From contig CAYMNM010000001.1 in the NCBI GenBank assembly GCA_964391795.1, positions 1-57,101 of the forward strand: a DNA stretch of 57,101 bases, written 5' to 3'. The first letter of the stretch is position 1, and the number at the start of each line of letters is the position of its first letter. The notes beneath the pieces were generated by a model. The model ran no database searches. It had not been told where the DNA came from and was given only the letters and a program-made list of their open reading frames with translations. The position numbers and the translations under genes were made by a program. The DNA comes from an uncultured Anaerolineaceae bacterium (GTDB lineage: Bacteria; Chloroflexota; Anaerolineae; Anaerolineales; Anaerolineaceae). Of this stretch, positions 36,541-45,454 are shown one piece after another.

Positions 36541-38286
36541 ATGGAAGATACAAATCTACCGCAAGATGAAGAATTTGAGCATCCTTACATGGATGTTTCC
36601 GGCCCATCCCACTGGGAAAATCTGGCTGCCAGGGCAAATAGCCTTGAGCCTTCAAAAACTATCGAGGAAGTTCCAGCTGACACTGCAGTTGAACCACGTC
36701 CGGAACTGACCAGCCCTGAAAATTCTGATGACCAGGACACGCAAGCCAACAAAATCGATCATGGGAAGAGCCCTTTCAAGCTAAATTTCTACTATCCTCT
36801 GGGTTTGATCGTTTTAGCTCTGGTAATTTTTCTTGTTTGGTCTTCGCAAGGAAACTCAGCACCCATTCCCACTCCTACAATACCTGTTGTCTCAATGGCT
36901 GAGCTGCCAACACCCCGAAAATTATCGGCTACTTCCCGCCCCGAACCTACCCTGGGTGGTGAGACAACTGCCACAAATATTCCAGAACCACCAATTGTTG
37001 AAGCCCGTACTGAGGTCATCCAATACACGATGGAAAAAGGTGACACCATCTACAACGTCGCGGAGAAGTTCGGCCTGGCACCTGAAACTTTACTGATGGG
37101 AAATCGTTATACGCTCGGTTACAAACTGGTCAATTACATGCCCGGAGTCACGCTAAACATTCTGCCCGTTGACGGGGCTTACTACCAATGGCAGACTGGG
37201 AATGGATTGAACGGGGTTGCCAGAGCTTACAATGTAAGCCCTGATGCCATCGTTGACTTTCCCGGGAATAATCTCGACAGGACCACCCTGGGCGACTTTT
37301 CAAACCCGAATATTCCTGCTGACACCTGGTTAATTATTCCTGGGGCTTACGATGAAGAGGCCAAAGTTCCTGCTTATGCTGGCATTTATCCAGACGCCAA
37401 AGCCAAGATGCTTTCATTCCCTTTGGTTGAACCACCAGACCCAATCGCACCACGTGAAGATGTGGTGGCTTATAAGACCGTCCAGGGCGACACGCTTGAA
37501 GCCATTGGCGTAAAGTTCGGCCTAAAACCAGAAAGTATTCTATGGGGCAACCGTTACATTCTGGGTGAAACACCTGATGGTCTCTCTGTCAACCAACGCC
37601 TGCTGATCTTACCTGTAGATGGCGTTTATTATCAGTGGATGCCTGGGGATGGACTTAACGGGGTTGCCAAGTATTACCAGGTCAGTCCGGATGCTATTGT
37701 GGATTACCCCGCCAATGGACTTGATCGAGCCATGGTTGGTGATTTTTCAAAACCAAACATCAAACCTGGGACTATGCTCATCATTCCTGGGGGTATTAAC
37801 CCGCCTCCTGCCTGGTCTGGTGTGACTGTTGATAACAATGGTTTGCCGGGTGCGCATCCCAACGTCGGCTGGCTGGGAGTGTATGAGTGTAATCCTGCCG
37901 CGGCTATTCGAGCAGGTGGCAACTGGACTCTGCCAACGGGCAGCACCGCCCTCTCAGGCTATGACTGGAACCCACCCACTCATTATGGTGTGGACTTCAA
38001 AGGCCCTTCAGGCTTGCCACTTGGTGCTGCAGATGCTGGCGTCATCATCTATTCGGGTTGGTCAGACCGCGGTTATGGCAACGTAATTGTTTTGGATCAT
38101 GGCAATGGTTTCCTGACACTTTATGCTCACTTGTTAGCCGAAGGCATGGTCCCGTGTGGAACCGTTGTAGACAGCGGTACCCAAATCGGTTTGATGGGCT
38201 CCACAGGCAATTCAACCGGTGCTCACCTGCATTTTGAGGTGCGATTTGATGGCAGCCCCATCAACCCACATGATTTGGGATTCTAG
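36541..38286 (+). CDS. Membrane-anchored LysM-repeat M23B (LytM-type) peptidoglycan endopeptidase
   Basis: TM helix, two duplicated LysM-containing modules, and C-terminal HYGVDFKG (HxxxD) plus GAHLHFEV (HxH). Start set to ATG 36541 because ATG 36523 lies inside the predicted -10 box. Confidence 0.9.
   Translation: MEDTNLPQDEEFEHPYMDVSGPSHWENLAARANSLEPSKTIEEVPADTAVEPRPELTSPENSDDQDTQANKIDHGKSPFKLNFYYPLGLIVLALVIFLVWSSQGNSAPIPTPTIPVVSMAELPTPRKLSATSRPEPTLGGETTATNIPEPPIVEARTEVIQYTMEKGDTIYNVAEKFGLAPETLLMGNRYTLGYKLVNYMPGVTLNILPVDGAYYQWQTGNGLNGVARAYNVSPDAIVDFPGNNLDRTTLGDFSNPNIPADTWLIIPGAYDEEAKVPAYAGIYPDAKAKMLSFPLVEPPDPIAPREDVVAYKTVQGDTLEAIGVKFGLKPESILWGNRYILGETPDGLSVNQRLLILPVDGVYYQWMPGDGLNGVAKYYQVSPDAIVDYPANGLDRAMVGDFSKPNIKPGTMLIIPGGINPPPAWSGVTVDNNGLPGAHPNVGWLGVYECNPAAAIRAGGNWTLPTGSTALSGYDWNPPTHYGVDFKGPSGLPLGAADAGVIIYSGWSDRGYGNVIVLDHGNGFLTLYAHLLAEGMVPCGTVVDSGTQIGLMGSTGNSTGAHLHFEVRFDGSPINPHDLGF
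37012..37348 (+). repeat. Intragenic tandem duplication, copy 1 (LysM module, about 112 aa)
   Basis: EVIQYTMEKGDTIYNVAEKFGLAPETLLMGNRYTLG...ILPVDGAYYQWQTGNGLNGVARAYNVSPDAIVDFPGNNLDRTTLGDFSNPNIPADTWLIIPG. Confidence 0.8.
37459..37793 (+). repeat. Intragenic tandem duplication, copy 2
   Basis: DVVAYKTVQGDTLEAIGVKFGLKPESILWGNRYILG...ILPVDGVYYQWMPGDGLNGVAKYYQVSPDAIVDYPANGLDRAMVGDFSKPNIKPGTMLIIPG. Colinear with copy 1 and diverged at the nucleotide level. Confidence 0.8.
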
Positions 38287-38306
38287 AAAAACAAGAGTTG
38301 AAACTG

Positions 38307-38335
38307 AGCTGGCCAAAATTGGCCAGCTTTTTTTT
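38307..38335. terminator. Hairpin terminator between convergent wall-hydrolase genes
   Basis: AGCTGGCCAA-AA-TTGGCCAGCT (the inner A-T pairs probably stay open, giving an 8-9 bp stem) followed by a seven-T run (38329-38335). The T-run overlaps the stop codon of the minus-strand gene. Confidence 0.7.
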
Positions 38336-39779
38336 AATTGGCAGGGATGAGATTTGTCTGACCTTGATAGGGTTGGCTATAAACAGTCAATTCTGGTTTG
38401 TGCATGACCAGGCTCTGACCGTCAACATCCAAAGCCAGCTTCCAATCCCCTAAGTTGAAAGGAATCGCGCCCCCTGCCGGCACCCATTCGCCGTTGTACT
38501 TCCTTGCCAGCCAAAAACTGGCATTCCAATCGCCCGCATCCACCTGTCCGATACTTTGCCCGATTTGCAACTCATCCCCAACTTTTAGGCCGGGTTTGAC
38601 CGCTACACCTAAGTACACGATGGACCAGCCCTGGGTTTCGGGCATACCGAATTGACTGACAACAAGTTGTAAATTATCCAGGCGCGTAATTGTGCCATTC
38701 ATAATTGAATAAACCTTTCCATAGGCGTTTTTGTCGCTGGCATCTTGAATACTGGCATGAAATCCAGCGCTTGCCCCGGGCCAGGGCATCATTTTTTGCA
38801 TAAGTTCTGGCATCACAGCTGCCTGCCAGCCACCTTGCGGGTTAATAGGCAAACCGGCAGAGATCCACTCCAAACTACCCGGGAGTATTTCCCTCTCATT
38901 AACCCAGGGGTTTCCAAATAACTCAAAGTAAACACCAACAAAACCATTAGGCTTAACTGCAGCTTGGTATCCTTCAGACGTCCTGAGCAACTTACTAAAA
39001 AAATAGCGCATGGCAGCCGAACCTGCGTTTTGCCAGGGGTCAAGTCTCTCTATACTGCCATCAGGCAGTTCCAGTTCCACCAATCGGCCTGTTTCGTACG
39101 AATAGTATCCATGGTTAAGCACCCCCATCCAGTGCTGAAGGAGGCCAAAATCCGCCTGCTTGATCTTATCGATCATTTGGTTGCTGGCAAGTTGAAGTTC
39201 GCCGTCGGGTTCCAAACCATAAACTATCAGGCTAAGCATCAGGTGTGGGTCTATACTTGCCTGCAGGCAGGCTTGCACAAAAGCTTCCGCCTTATTTTCA
39301 ACCACGTTTAATAATTCATTTAATTCTGGTTTATCCTTCAAACTAATATTTTGGACTTTCTGTCCGAAACTTTGCGCTTCGCTTGAAAACACAAAAGCTG
39401 AATTGGGAATTAACTTGAATGTAGAACCCCAAAAAGGTGTGTAATAAATTGGGATCTGCATCGGAAAACCTTGTGGCAGAGTGGACACAATCGGTGGAAT
39501 AATCGGATTAGCTTCGCGTATGGCCGGCTCGCTTGTATTAAATCTTGCGGCCAACATGGGTAGGTTGTCTCCACTTTGAGCTGTGTAACTCACAAGCTCT
39601 CCTGGGACGTAAACAGGACGGTGATTTGCCGTTGGTAAAGGGAAATTTATTTCAGGGGTGATTGTTGGCAGTGAAACTGACGTAATTGGCCTGGCAAAAG
39701 CACATCCCGAGGCTAATTGCACAAAGCCAAGGCAAATAGCCAAAACTGCGCTAATTTTGCCTTTCGCTAAGTCAGTCAT
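38334..39779 (-). CDS. LysM lipoprotein, paralogue of the adjacent M23A peptidase lacking the catalytic histidines (predicted pseudo-peptidase)
   Basis: Signal LASGC and LysM (YTAQSGDNLPMLAARFNTSEPAIREAN). C-terminal domain is colinear with the upstream gene, but GWSIVYLGVAV replaces GWTILYMHIAA and NASFWLARKYNGEW replaces SGTHVHIARKYNGVW. AGGAG SD present. Starts 14 nt after the upstream stop. Confidence 0.75.
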   Translation of the reverse strand: MTDLAKGKISAVLAICLGFVQLASGCAFARPITSVSLPTITPEINFPLPTANHRPVYVPGELVSYTAQSGDNLPMLAARFNTSEPAIREANPIIPPIVSTLPQGFPMQIPIYYTPFWGSTFKLIPNSAFVFSSEAQSFGQKVQNISLKDKPELNELLNVVENKAEAFVQACLQASIDPHLMLSLIVYGLEPDGELQLASNQMIDKIKQADFGLLQHWMGVLNHGYYSYETGRLVELELPDGSIERLDPWQNAGSAAMRYFFSKLLRTSEGYQAAVKPNGFVGVYFELFGNPWVNEREILPGSLEWISAGLPINPQGGWQAAVMPELMQKMMPWPGASAGFHASIQDASDKNAYGKVYSIMNGTITRLDNLQLVVSQFGMPETQGWSIVYLGVAVKPGLKVGDELQIGQSIGQVDAGDWNASFWLARKYNGEWVPAGGAIPFNLGDWKLALDVDGQSLVMHKPELTVYSQPYQGQTNLIPAN

Positions 39780-39793
39780 GATTTCTTTTTCTC

Positions 39794-41458
39794 CTAATAG
39801 TCACGCCAGACAATATTGTAGGGAGACTTTCCTCCAAAGGCTTCCGCGGTGTACTCTCCATAAGTCATACCGCCGTTGTAAACAACGCCTGTAGTGTAGG
39901 GCGTCCATCCGCTCATAACGAACGGGATGTCACCTCCGGCATTGATCCAGACCCCGTTGTACTTTCTGGCGATATGCACGTGTGTACCCGAGGAGTATCC
40001 ACCCTCACAAGAAGCATAGCCAATGGTATCCCCGGGTTTCACATGCAAGCCATTCGGAATTTTCTTATCGGCGGCAATATGCATGTAGAGAATTGTCCAG
40101 CCGGTGCGTTCATTTTTGTCTCCGTCCAAATCCAGGACTACTTGTGAATAAGCTGAACGCACGATGTCGCCTTCGGCAACTGCCACAACTGGTGTTAGTC
40201 CAACATAGCAGTAATCCGCGTCTGAAGGGCCAAAATCCAGCGCTGCCCACGGGGAACCTACTCCCCAACCGTAATGCGGGCCGCTGGTAAGGTGCCAGTA
40301 GGTATTTTTCGGGAATGGCAGGGTCAACTCAGGTTGGGTCAATCCATCCGGGATGACCGGGCCGGTATCAAAAGCAAAGGGGTAACCAAATAACCTGAGG
40401 TAGGTTTGGTAAAAACCTTCCTCAGAGACGGCTTGCAGCCACTCATCCCTGTTCATCATCAGGCTGAAAAGGTATTGGATTGCCGCGGTACCAGAGTTAA
40501 TGGTTGGATTGATTCGAAAGACGGTAGTGTCTGGCAAGGTTACCACCGAAAGCACCTCGCTTCTCATCGCTGTCGAGCCAGCCATGAGGGTTGCTGCAGC
40601 CCAGGAAAGCTGGTTATATAAACCGGTTTTTTTGGGCTGTCGATAACCAATCGGGTAATCAGTCGGTGTAACTTCGTTGTAACCTTTCGTTAACCAGCCA
40701 CTTCGGTATTCAAGGAGGGCCAAAAGCAAACGGGGGTTAACAGAGTTTTCATCTGCCACACGCTGTACAATATCATAAGCGTTCATGTTACCGGTATCAG
40801 GTACTTGTTCAATATATTGGTTCACAAAACCGTTAAAGTGTTTCATCATACCCGCGGGGTTGAAATCTTTGACAATTGGTCCATAAAACACTTCTGAATC
40901 CGGAATGATCTTAAAAGAAGGCCCTTCCTCGCTCTCGGAAGAAGGAGGAATGATGATTTCCAAACCCGGGACTAGTGCATATACGTTGTGATAAGAATTT
41001 GCTTGTTGAATCTGGAGGATTGACACCTGATTGGCAAAAGCAACTTTGGCAATCTCATCACCTTCTTGCCAGGTATATGTGTAGTACTCCGAACGCAAAG
41101 GCTGCATCGCCATAGGTGGATTTGGAGTTGCGGTGGGCCCAGGAGGTGGAAGCGTAATCGTAACCGGTGGGATTGGTGTTGCCGGTGCCGGTGTAGCAAA
41201 TCGTGTTGGCGTAACGGTTGCCGTTTCGCCTCCCAGGAATGCAGGCTCGCTGCTCCAGCCTTGGGTTTCAGCCACTGCGATTATAGTTTCAACCCCAGCG
41301 GTAGCTGAAGTTTCAGGGATCAATAATTCACTTTGTGAACCTGTGGATTGATCGACGCGCCAAACCTCGTAGTCAGGCACTGTCCGATAGCAGGCCTCCA
41401 ACAAGAGGCAGCTAATCAAGCCAACAAGCACGATAATTGGCATACGTGTTCGTCGCAT
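39794..41458 (-). CDS. LysM lipoprotein with LasA/beta-lytic-protease-type (M23A) metallopeptidase domain
   Basis: LysM (YTWQEGDEIAKVAFANQVSILQIQQAN). GPHYGWGVGSPWAALDF has H and D 13 residues apart, as in LasA. Also GWTILYMH and CEGGYSSGTHVHIARKYNG (LasA has CEGGSSTGPHLHF, from memory). Confidence 0.8.
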   Translation of the reverse strand: MRRTRMPIIVLVGLISCLLLEACYRTVPDYEVWRVDQSTGSQSELLIPETSATAGVETIIAVAETQGWSSEPAFLGGETATVTPTRFATPAPATPIPPVTITLPPPGPTATPNPPMAMQPLRSEYYTYTWQEGDEIAKVAFANQVSILQIQQANSYHNVYALVPGLEIIIPPSSESEEGPSFKIIPDSEVFYGPIVKDFNPAGMMKHFNGFVNQYIEQVPDTGNMNAYDIVQRVADENSVNPRLLLALLEYRSGWLTKGYNEVTPTDYPIGYRQPKKTGLYNQLSWAAATLMAGSTAMRSEVLSVVTLPDTTVFRINPTINSGTAAIQYLFSLMMNRDEWLQAVSEEGFYQTYLRLFGYPFAFDTGPVIPDGLTQPELTLPFPKNTYWHLTSGPHYGWGVGSPWAALDFGPSDADYCYVGLTPVVAVAEGDIVRSAYSQVVLDLDGDKNERTGWTILYMHIAADKKIPNGLHVKPGDTIGYASCEGGYSSGTHVHIARKYNGVWINAGGDIPFVMSGWTPYTTGVVYNGGMTYGEYTAEAFGGKSPYNIVWRDY

Positions 41459-41611
41459 CTATAAACCGTCCTTTACGGCTATGGTTTTAGTAGCAAAATT
41501 CATGCCATAAATTCAATAGATTGGAGTATTTATCGACCAACTTTGAGTGCCATGATAAAAGACCCGTAATCAATCCGCGAATTTTGAATCCTCGCCAAAG
41601 ACCCCTTTTCA

Positions 41612-41639
41612 TTGACATTTCGGGCTTACCGTGTAAAAT
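41612..41639 (+). promoter_or_regulatory. Sigma-70-like promoter of tRNA-Leu
   Basis: TTGACA (41612-41617), 16-nt spacer, TAAAAT (41634-41639). The tRNA 5' end is 11 nt downstream. Confidence 0.6.
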
Positions 41640-41650
41640 AAATTCTCCAA

Positions 41651-41735
<85 letters not shown>

Positions 41736-41740
41736 CTAAA

Positions 41741-41765
41741 AGCAACCCCGTACGGTTGCTTTTTA
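41741..41765 (+). terminator. Intrinsic terminator after tRNA-Leu
   Basis: AGCAACC-CCGTAC-GGTTGCT followed by TTTTATT. Confidence 0.75.
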
Positions 41766-41800
41766 TTATTAAAGAGCGTGTTTTTGCTGATGCATCCACT

Positions 41801-41809
41801 TGGTATAAT
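41801..41809 (+). promoter_or_regulatory. Extended -10 element (TGGTATAAT) upstream of the FtsB-like gene
   Basis: TGgTATAAT at 41801-41809, 14 nt before GTG 41824 and 20 nt before ATG 41830. No good -35. Confidence 0.4.
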
Positions 41810-41823
41810 ACCTGCATTGGTTT

Positions 41824-42228
41824 GTGGATATGGGAAAATTCCTGGATTGGGTTAAATCCATAAAAATTAACACTAAGCGCTTACTGCTCGTTATGGTAAT
41901 TGCGTTATTGGTTTTGATGATGCTGGATTTCAATAACCGTACGCGCACCATGTACGCCTTGGAAGCTCAACAAGCCATGCTGGAAACCCGGCAGGTTCAA
42001 CTACAACAAACCAAAGATAAACTGGAAGCTCAGATTGCTTATGCCACATCCGCTCAGGCTCTTGAAGAATGGGCCAGGGAAAAGAATAAACAGATCAATT
42101 CAGGTGATGTACCCATAATTCTTTCAGCCCCGGAAGGCGTTACCCCCACTCCCACACCGCAGCCAACCTTGCAAACTGTCAATTTTTCACCTTGGGAAAT
42201 CTGGCGGGAACTCATATTTGGCCATTAG
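41824..42228 (+). CDS. FtsB/DivIC-like septum-formation initiator (TM helix plus coiled coil)
   Basis: Single TM (LLLVMVIALLVLMML) followed by a heptad-rich segment LEAQQAMLETRQVQLQQTKDKLEAQIAY...EEWAREKNK. Start is GTG 41824 or ATG 41830. Confidence 0.5.
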   Translation: MDMGKFLDWVKSIKINTKRLLLVMVIALLVLMMLDFNNRTRTMYALEAQQAMLETRQVQLQQTKDKLEAQIAYATSAQALEEWAREKNKQINSGDVPIILSAPEGVTPTPTPQPTLQTVNFSPWEIWRELIFGH

Positions 42229-42277
42229 CAAAGTGGGCTCGGTAGCGGGTAAATCTCTCAGGTATAATTTTTCTTCA

Positions 42278-42604
42278 ATGGACATCAAAGAACTTACTCA
42301 GATCATGACTGATCTGGTTCACACAAAAGGTTGGGATGACCAACTCAGCACAAAAAGGCCGCAAACCCTCAGAAATCTGGCTATTTCGCTTTCACTTGAA
42401 GCCAACGAGGTGCTTGAACTTTTTCAGTGGAGTGACGATCTCAAAGACAAAGAGGCTTTGGGCGAAGAACTTGCTGATGTGGCCCTCTATCTTCTTCAGT
42501 TGGCACAGGTGGGCAAAATTGACCTTGAACAGGCTATTCTCAGCAAAGTGCACCATAACTACCAGCGCTCATGGGATGAAAATGACGAAGAAGGTCAAGT
42601 GTGA
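42278..42604 (+). CDS. MazG-like all-alpha nucleoside-triphosphate pyrophosphohydrolase
   Basis: Metal-binding EANEVLE (ExxE) and EELADV (EExxD) motifs, about 108 aa. Start set to ATG 42278 (MDIKELTQ); the ORF-track N-terminus overlaps the upstream gene. Confidence 0.78.
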   Translation: MDIKELTQIMTDLVHTKGWDDQLSTKRPQTLRNLAISLSLEANEVLELFQWSDDLKDKEALGEELADVALYLLQLAQVGKIDLEQAILSKVHHNYQRSWDENDEEGQV

Positions 42605-43146
42605 TTGTTGCCGTTTTTGGAAGCGCCCAGGGTGAGCCCGGTACTTTGGCCTACCAGGAAGCCCAAGTGCTTGGGTCTTTACTTGCCGATGCTGGTTTTG
42701 ACGTTATGACCGGTGGTTACTGTGGCACGATGGAAGCCATTAGCCGTGGTGCTTCTGAGGCTGGGGCGCACACCTATGGTGTGTCCTGCGCAGACATTGA
42801 AAAATGGCGTCCGATTGGAGTAAACCCTTGGGTAAAAACTGAAATCCGCACGGTTAACCTAAATCGTAGGTTGGAAGTTTTAACCCGCCAGCCTGATGCC
42901 ATGATAGCATTGCCTGGTGGCATTGGCACCCTTGTGGAAATTATGCTTTCATTAAACCTCATGGTGGTAAAATCCATTGCCACGAGACCGTTGATCTTGA
43001 TCGGTAAAGAATGGCAAGCCAGTTTCTACGCCTTATTTAAGAATAATTCAGCTTTTATCAGGGCTCATGACCAAAATCTAGTGCATTTTGCCCAAAACAA
43101 CGAAGAAGCAGTGAATTTATGCAAAACATTATTGTTTAGGAGTTAG
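42601..43146 (+). CDS. LOG-family (TIGR00725-like) Rossmann-fold nucleotide-binding protein / putative nucleotide N-glycosidase
   Basis: VAVFGSA, MTGGYCGTMEAISRGA and LPGGIGTLVEI (PGGxGTxxE). The GTG start overlaps the MazG stop as GTGA. Confidence 0.78.
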   Translation: MIVAVFGSAQGEPGTLAYQEAQVLGSLLADAGFDVMTGGYCGTMEAISRGASEAGAHTYGVSCADIEKWRPIGVNPWVKTEIRTVNLNRRLEVLTRQPDAMIALPGGIGTLVEIMLSLNLMVVKSIATRPLILIGKEWQASFYALFKNNSAFIRAHDQNLVHFAQNNEEAVNLCKTLLFRS

Positions 43147-43147
43147 T

Positions 43148-44578
43148 ATGGACGAGAAAAAATTAACGACTCAGTCTGATAATTTTTCAGAATGGTACAA
43201 CCAATTGGTTTTACGTGCGGAAATGGCCGATTACGCCCCAGTTCGGGGTTGCATGGTTGTCCGTCCATACGGGTGGGCACTCTGGGAAAACATCCAGGAT
43301 GCCTTCGACAAGCGTTTTAAGGCAACTGGGCATGTGAATGCTGCCTTCCCACTCTTGATTCCTCAATCGTTTATGACAAAAGAAAAGGAGCATGTTGAAG
43401 GTTTTGCACCTGAATTAGCTGTGGTAACCCACGGCGGCGGTGAAGAACTGGAAGAACCCCTTGTCGTCCGCCCAACCTCAGAAACGATCATTGGAACCAT
43501 GTACTCCAAATGGATACAGTCCTACCGCGATTTGCCTGTATTGATTAATCAATGGGGCAACGTTGTGCGCTGGGAAATGCGGACAAAACTCTTCTTACGC
43601 ACCCTCGAATTCTATTGGCAGGAAGGCCATACCGCGCATGCCACCGCTGAAGAAGCCCAGGAAGAAACTTTAAAGATCCTGAAAATCTATGCAGACTTTG
43701 CCCGTAATGAAGCTGCCATCCCCGTAGTTGCCGGCCAAAAGAGCGAATCTGAAAAGTTTGCCGGCGCGAAGGTCACCTATGCCATTGAAGCTATGATGGG
43801 CGATACCAAAGCGCTGCAATCTGGCACATCCCATAATCTTGGCCAAAATTTCGCCAAAGCTTTTGATATTAAGTTCCTGGACGAGAATAACCAGTTGCAA
43901 TACTGCTATACAACATCTTGGGGGGTTTCTACCCGCATCATTGGTGCCATTATCATGACACACGGTGATGACCAGGGTTTGGTACTGCCTCCACGCCTGG
44001 CACCCATCCAGGTCGTTATCGTGCCTATCTTCCGCAAAGAAGAAGAAAAACAGGCTGTTATGGATGTTGTGGATGCGGTTGTCAAAGGCTTACCCAACGT
44101 GCGTATCAAGGTTGATGATCGCCAGGGGGTCACACCTGGTTTCAAGTTCAACGATTGGGAAATGAAGGGCGTACCATTGCGCATTGAAATTGGCCCGAAA
44201 GATGTCCAAAACAATACTTTGGCTTTAGCACGGCGCGATATTCCCGGTAAAGAAGGAAAATCTTTCTTACCTATGCAGGGCTTTGAAATCTACGTTCCTG
44301 AAATGTTGGAGACCATCCAGGCAAATATGCTGGCTAAAGCCACCAAGTTCCGTGATGAGCACATATTTGAGGTGGATAACTTCGAAGAATTCAAAGACGT
44401 TGTCGAGAACAAAGGCTGGGCAAAAGTTTGGTGGTCTGATGACGCAGAGAACGAAGCTAAGGTCAAGGAAATTACTAAAGCCACGCTGCGTTGCTATGCT
44501 GAAAGTGAAGGCGAAGGCATCTGCTTCTTTAGCGGGCGCAAGACAGACAAAAAGGCTTACTTTGCCAGATCTTATTAA
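43148..44578 (+). CDS. proS: Proline--tRNA ligase (archaeal/eukaryote-like short form)
   Basis: FSEWYNQLVLRAEMADY..VRGCMVVRPYG, class II motifs (RPTSETI, FYWQEGHTAH) and C-terminal zinc-binding-type domain ending ...ARSY. 476 aa. Confidence 0.96.
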   Translation: MDEKKLTTQSDNFSEWYNQLVLRAEMADYAPVRGCMVVRPYGWALWENIQDAFDKRFKATGHVNAAFPLLIPQSFMTKEKEHVEGFAPELAVVTHGGGEELEEPLVVRPTSETIIGTMYSKWIQSYRDLPVLINQWGNVVRWEMRTKLFLRTLEFYWQEGHTAHATAEEAQEETLKILKIYADFARNEAAIPVVAGQKSESEKFAGAKVTYAIEAMMGDTKALQSGTSHNLGQNFAKAFDIKFLDENNQLQYCYTTSWGVSTRIIGAIIMTHGDDQGLVLPPRLAPIQVVIVPIFRKEEEKQAVMDVVDAVVKGLPNVRIKVDDRQGVTPGFKFNDWEMKGVPLRIEIGPKDVQNNTLALARRDIPGKEGKSFLPMQGFEIYVPEMLETIQANMLAKATKFRDEHIFEVDNFEEFKDVVENKGWAKVWWSDDAENEAKVKEITKATLRCYAESEGEGICFFSGRKTDKKAYFARSY

Positions 44579-44626
44579 TGTTTTGCTTGGGACCAAACGA
44601 AATCTGATAACTCTCAGATAGGGATC

Positions 44627-45442
44627 ATGCCCTCAATAGATCTTATTCGTCTGAGGAAGCAAATCGCCCACCTGGGTGTTTTCGTAGAGATTCCCACCGA
44701 GTTTGTGAGTGAATATAAGAACCTTTTGGAGTTCTATCATCAATGGTCGCATCACCAGCATGAAGAGCGCATCCCAAATTCGTTCATGTTGCTTTATGAT
44801 CTTCCTCCCCAAGTCATACCTGAGATAGAACTTGGGCTTAAACAATATCTCAAAGATAAAACCCAGACCATTTTTCCCCTGGCTGATGCCTTGCGTAAGG
44901 ACATGCACTTTGAATGTAGTATTCTTGCAGCATTCATCCTCGGACACACCCCTGTTGAATCCATGGACTCACTAAAAGATTATTTGACTATTTGGCTTGA
45001 AGGTCCACTTGATAAAGCAGTCGTTGAAACCATTTTTTCCAAGGCCACGATACCGATAAGAACTTGCGATCAGGATGGTTATTTGGTATTTCTCCAATCT
45101 TTACTTAGGTCATCAAACAAGCGCCTGGCTAATACTGGACTGATTGGGTTAACTCTCTTTTTGCCTACTGCCACCGCAGACCAATTGCCCAGGCTTTTCA
45201 ATTTGATCAGCCCGTTGTTGCAAGACCACGATCTTAAGCAGGATAATTTGGAAACTCTCATACAGGAGCTGGCAAAAAAGTCACCCGTGGAAACAGGTTA
45301 TCTGATTCGACAGGTTCTATCAGATACAGAGGGTCGTCATGTTGAAACCTTGGCCCGCGCCTTTCTTCAATACTTACCTTCTAATACTGCGGAAATTGTA
45401 GCAAAAGCCATTAAGCTACACGCTACTAGAACTTATTCATAA
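44627..45442 (+). CDS. Hypothetical alpha-helical protein
   Basis: 271-aa ORF, same strand as proS and 48 nt downstream. Predicted all-helical, and no motif that I recognise. Confidence 0.5.
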   Translation: MPSIDLIRLRKQIAHLGVFVEIPTEFVSEYKNLLEFYHQWSHHQHEERIPNSFMLLYDLPPQVIPEIELGLKQYLKDKTQTIFPLADALRKDMHFECSILAAFILGHTPVESMDSLKDYLTIWLEGPLDKAVVETIFSKATIPIRTCDQDGYLVFLQSLLRSSNKRLANTGLIGLTLFLPTATADQLPRLFNLISPLLQDHDLKQDNLETLIQELAKKSPVETGYLIRQVLSDTEGRHVETLARAFLQYLPSNTAEIVAKAIKLHATRTYS

Positions 45443-45454
45443 GTCTTATATGCC

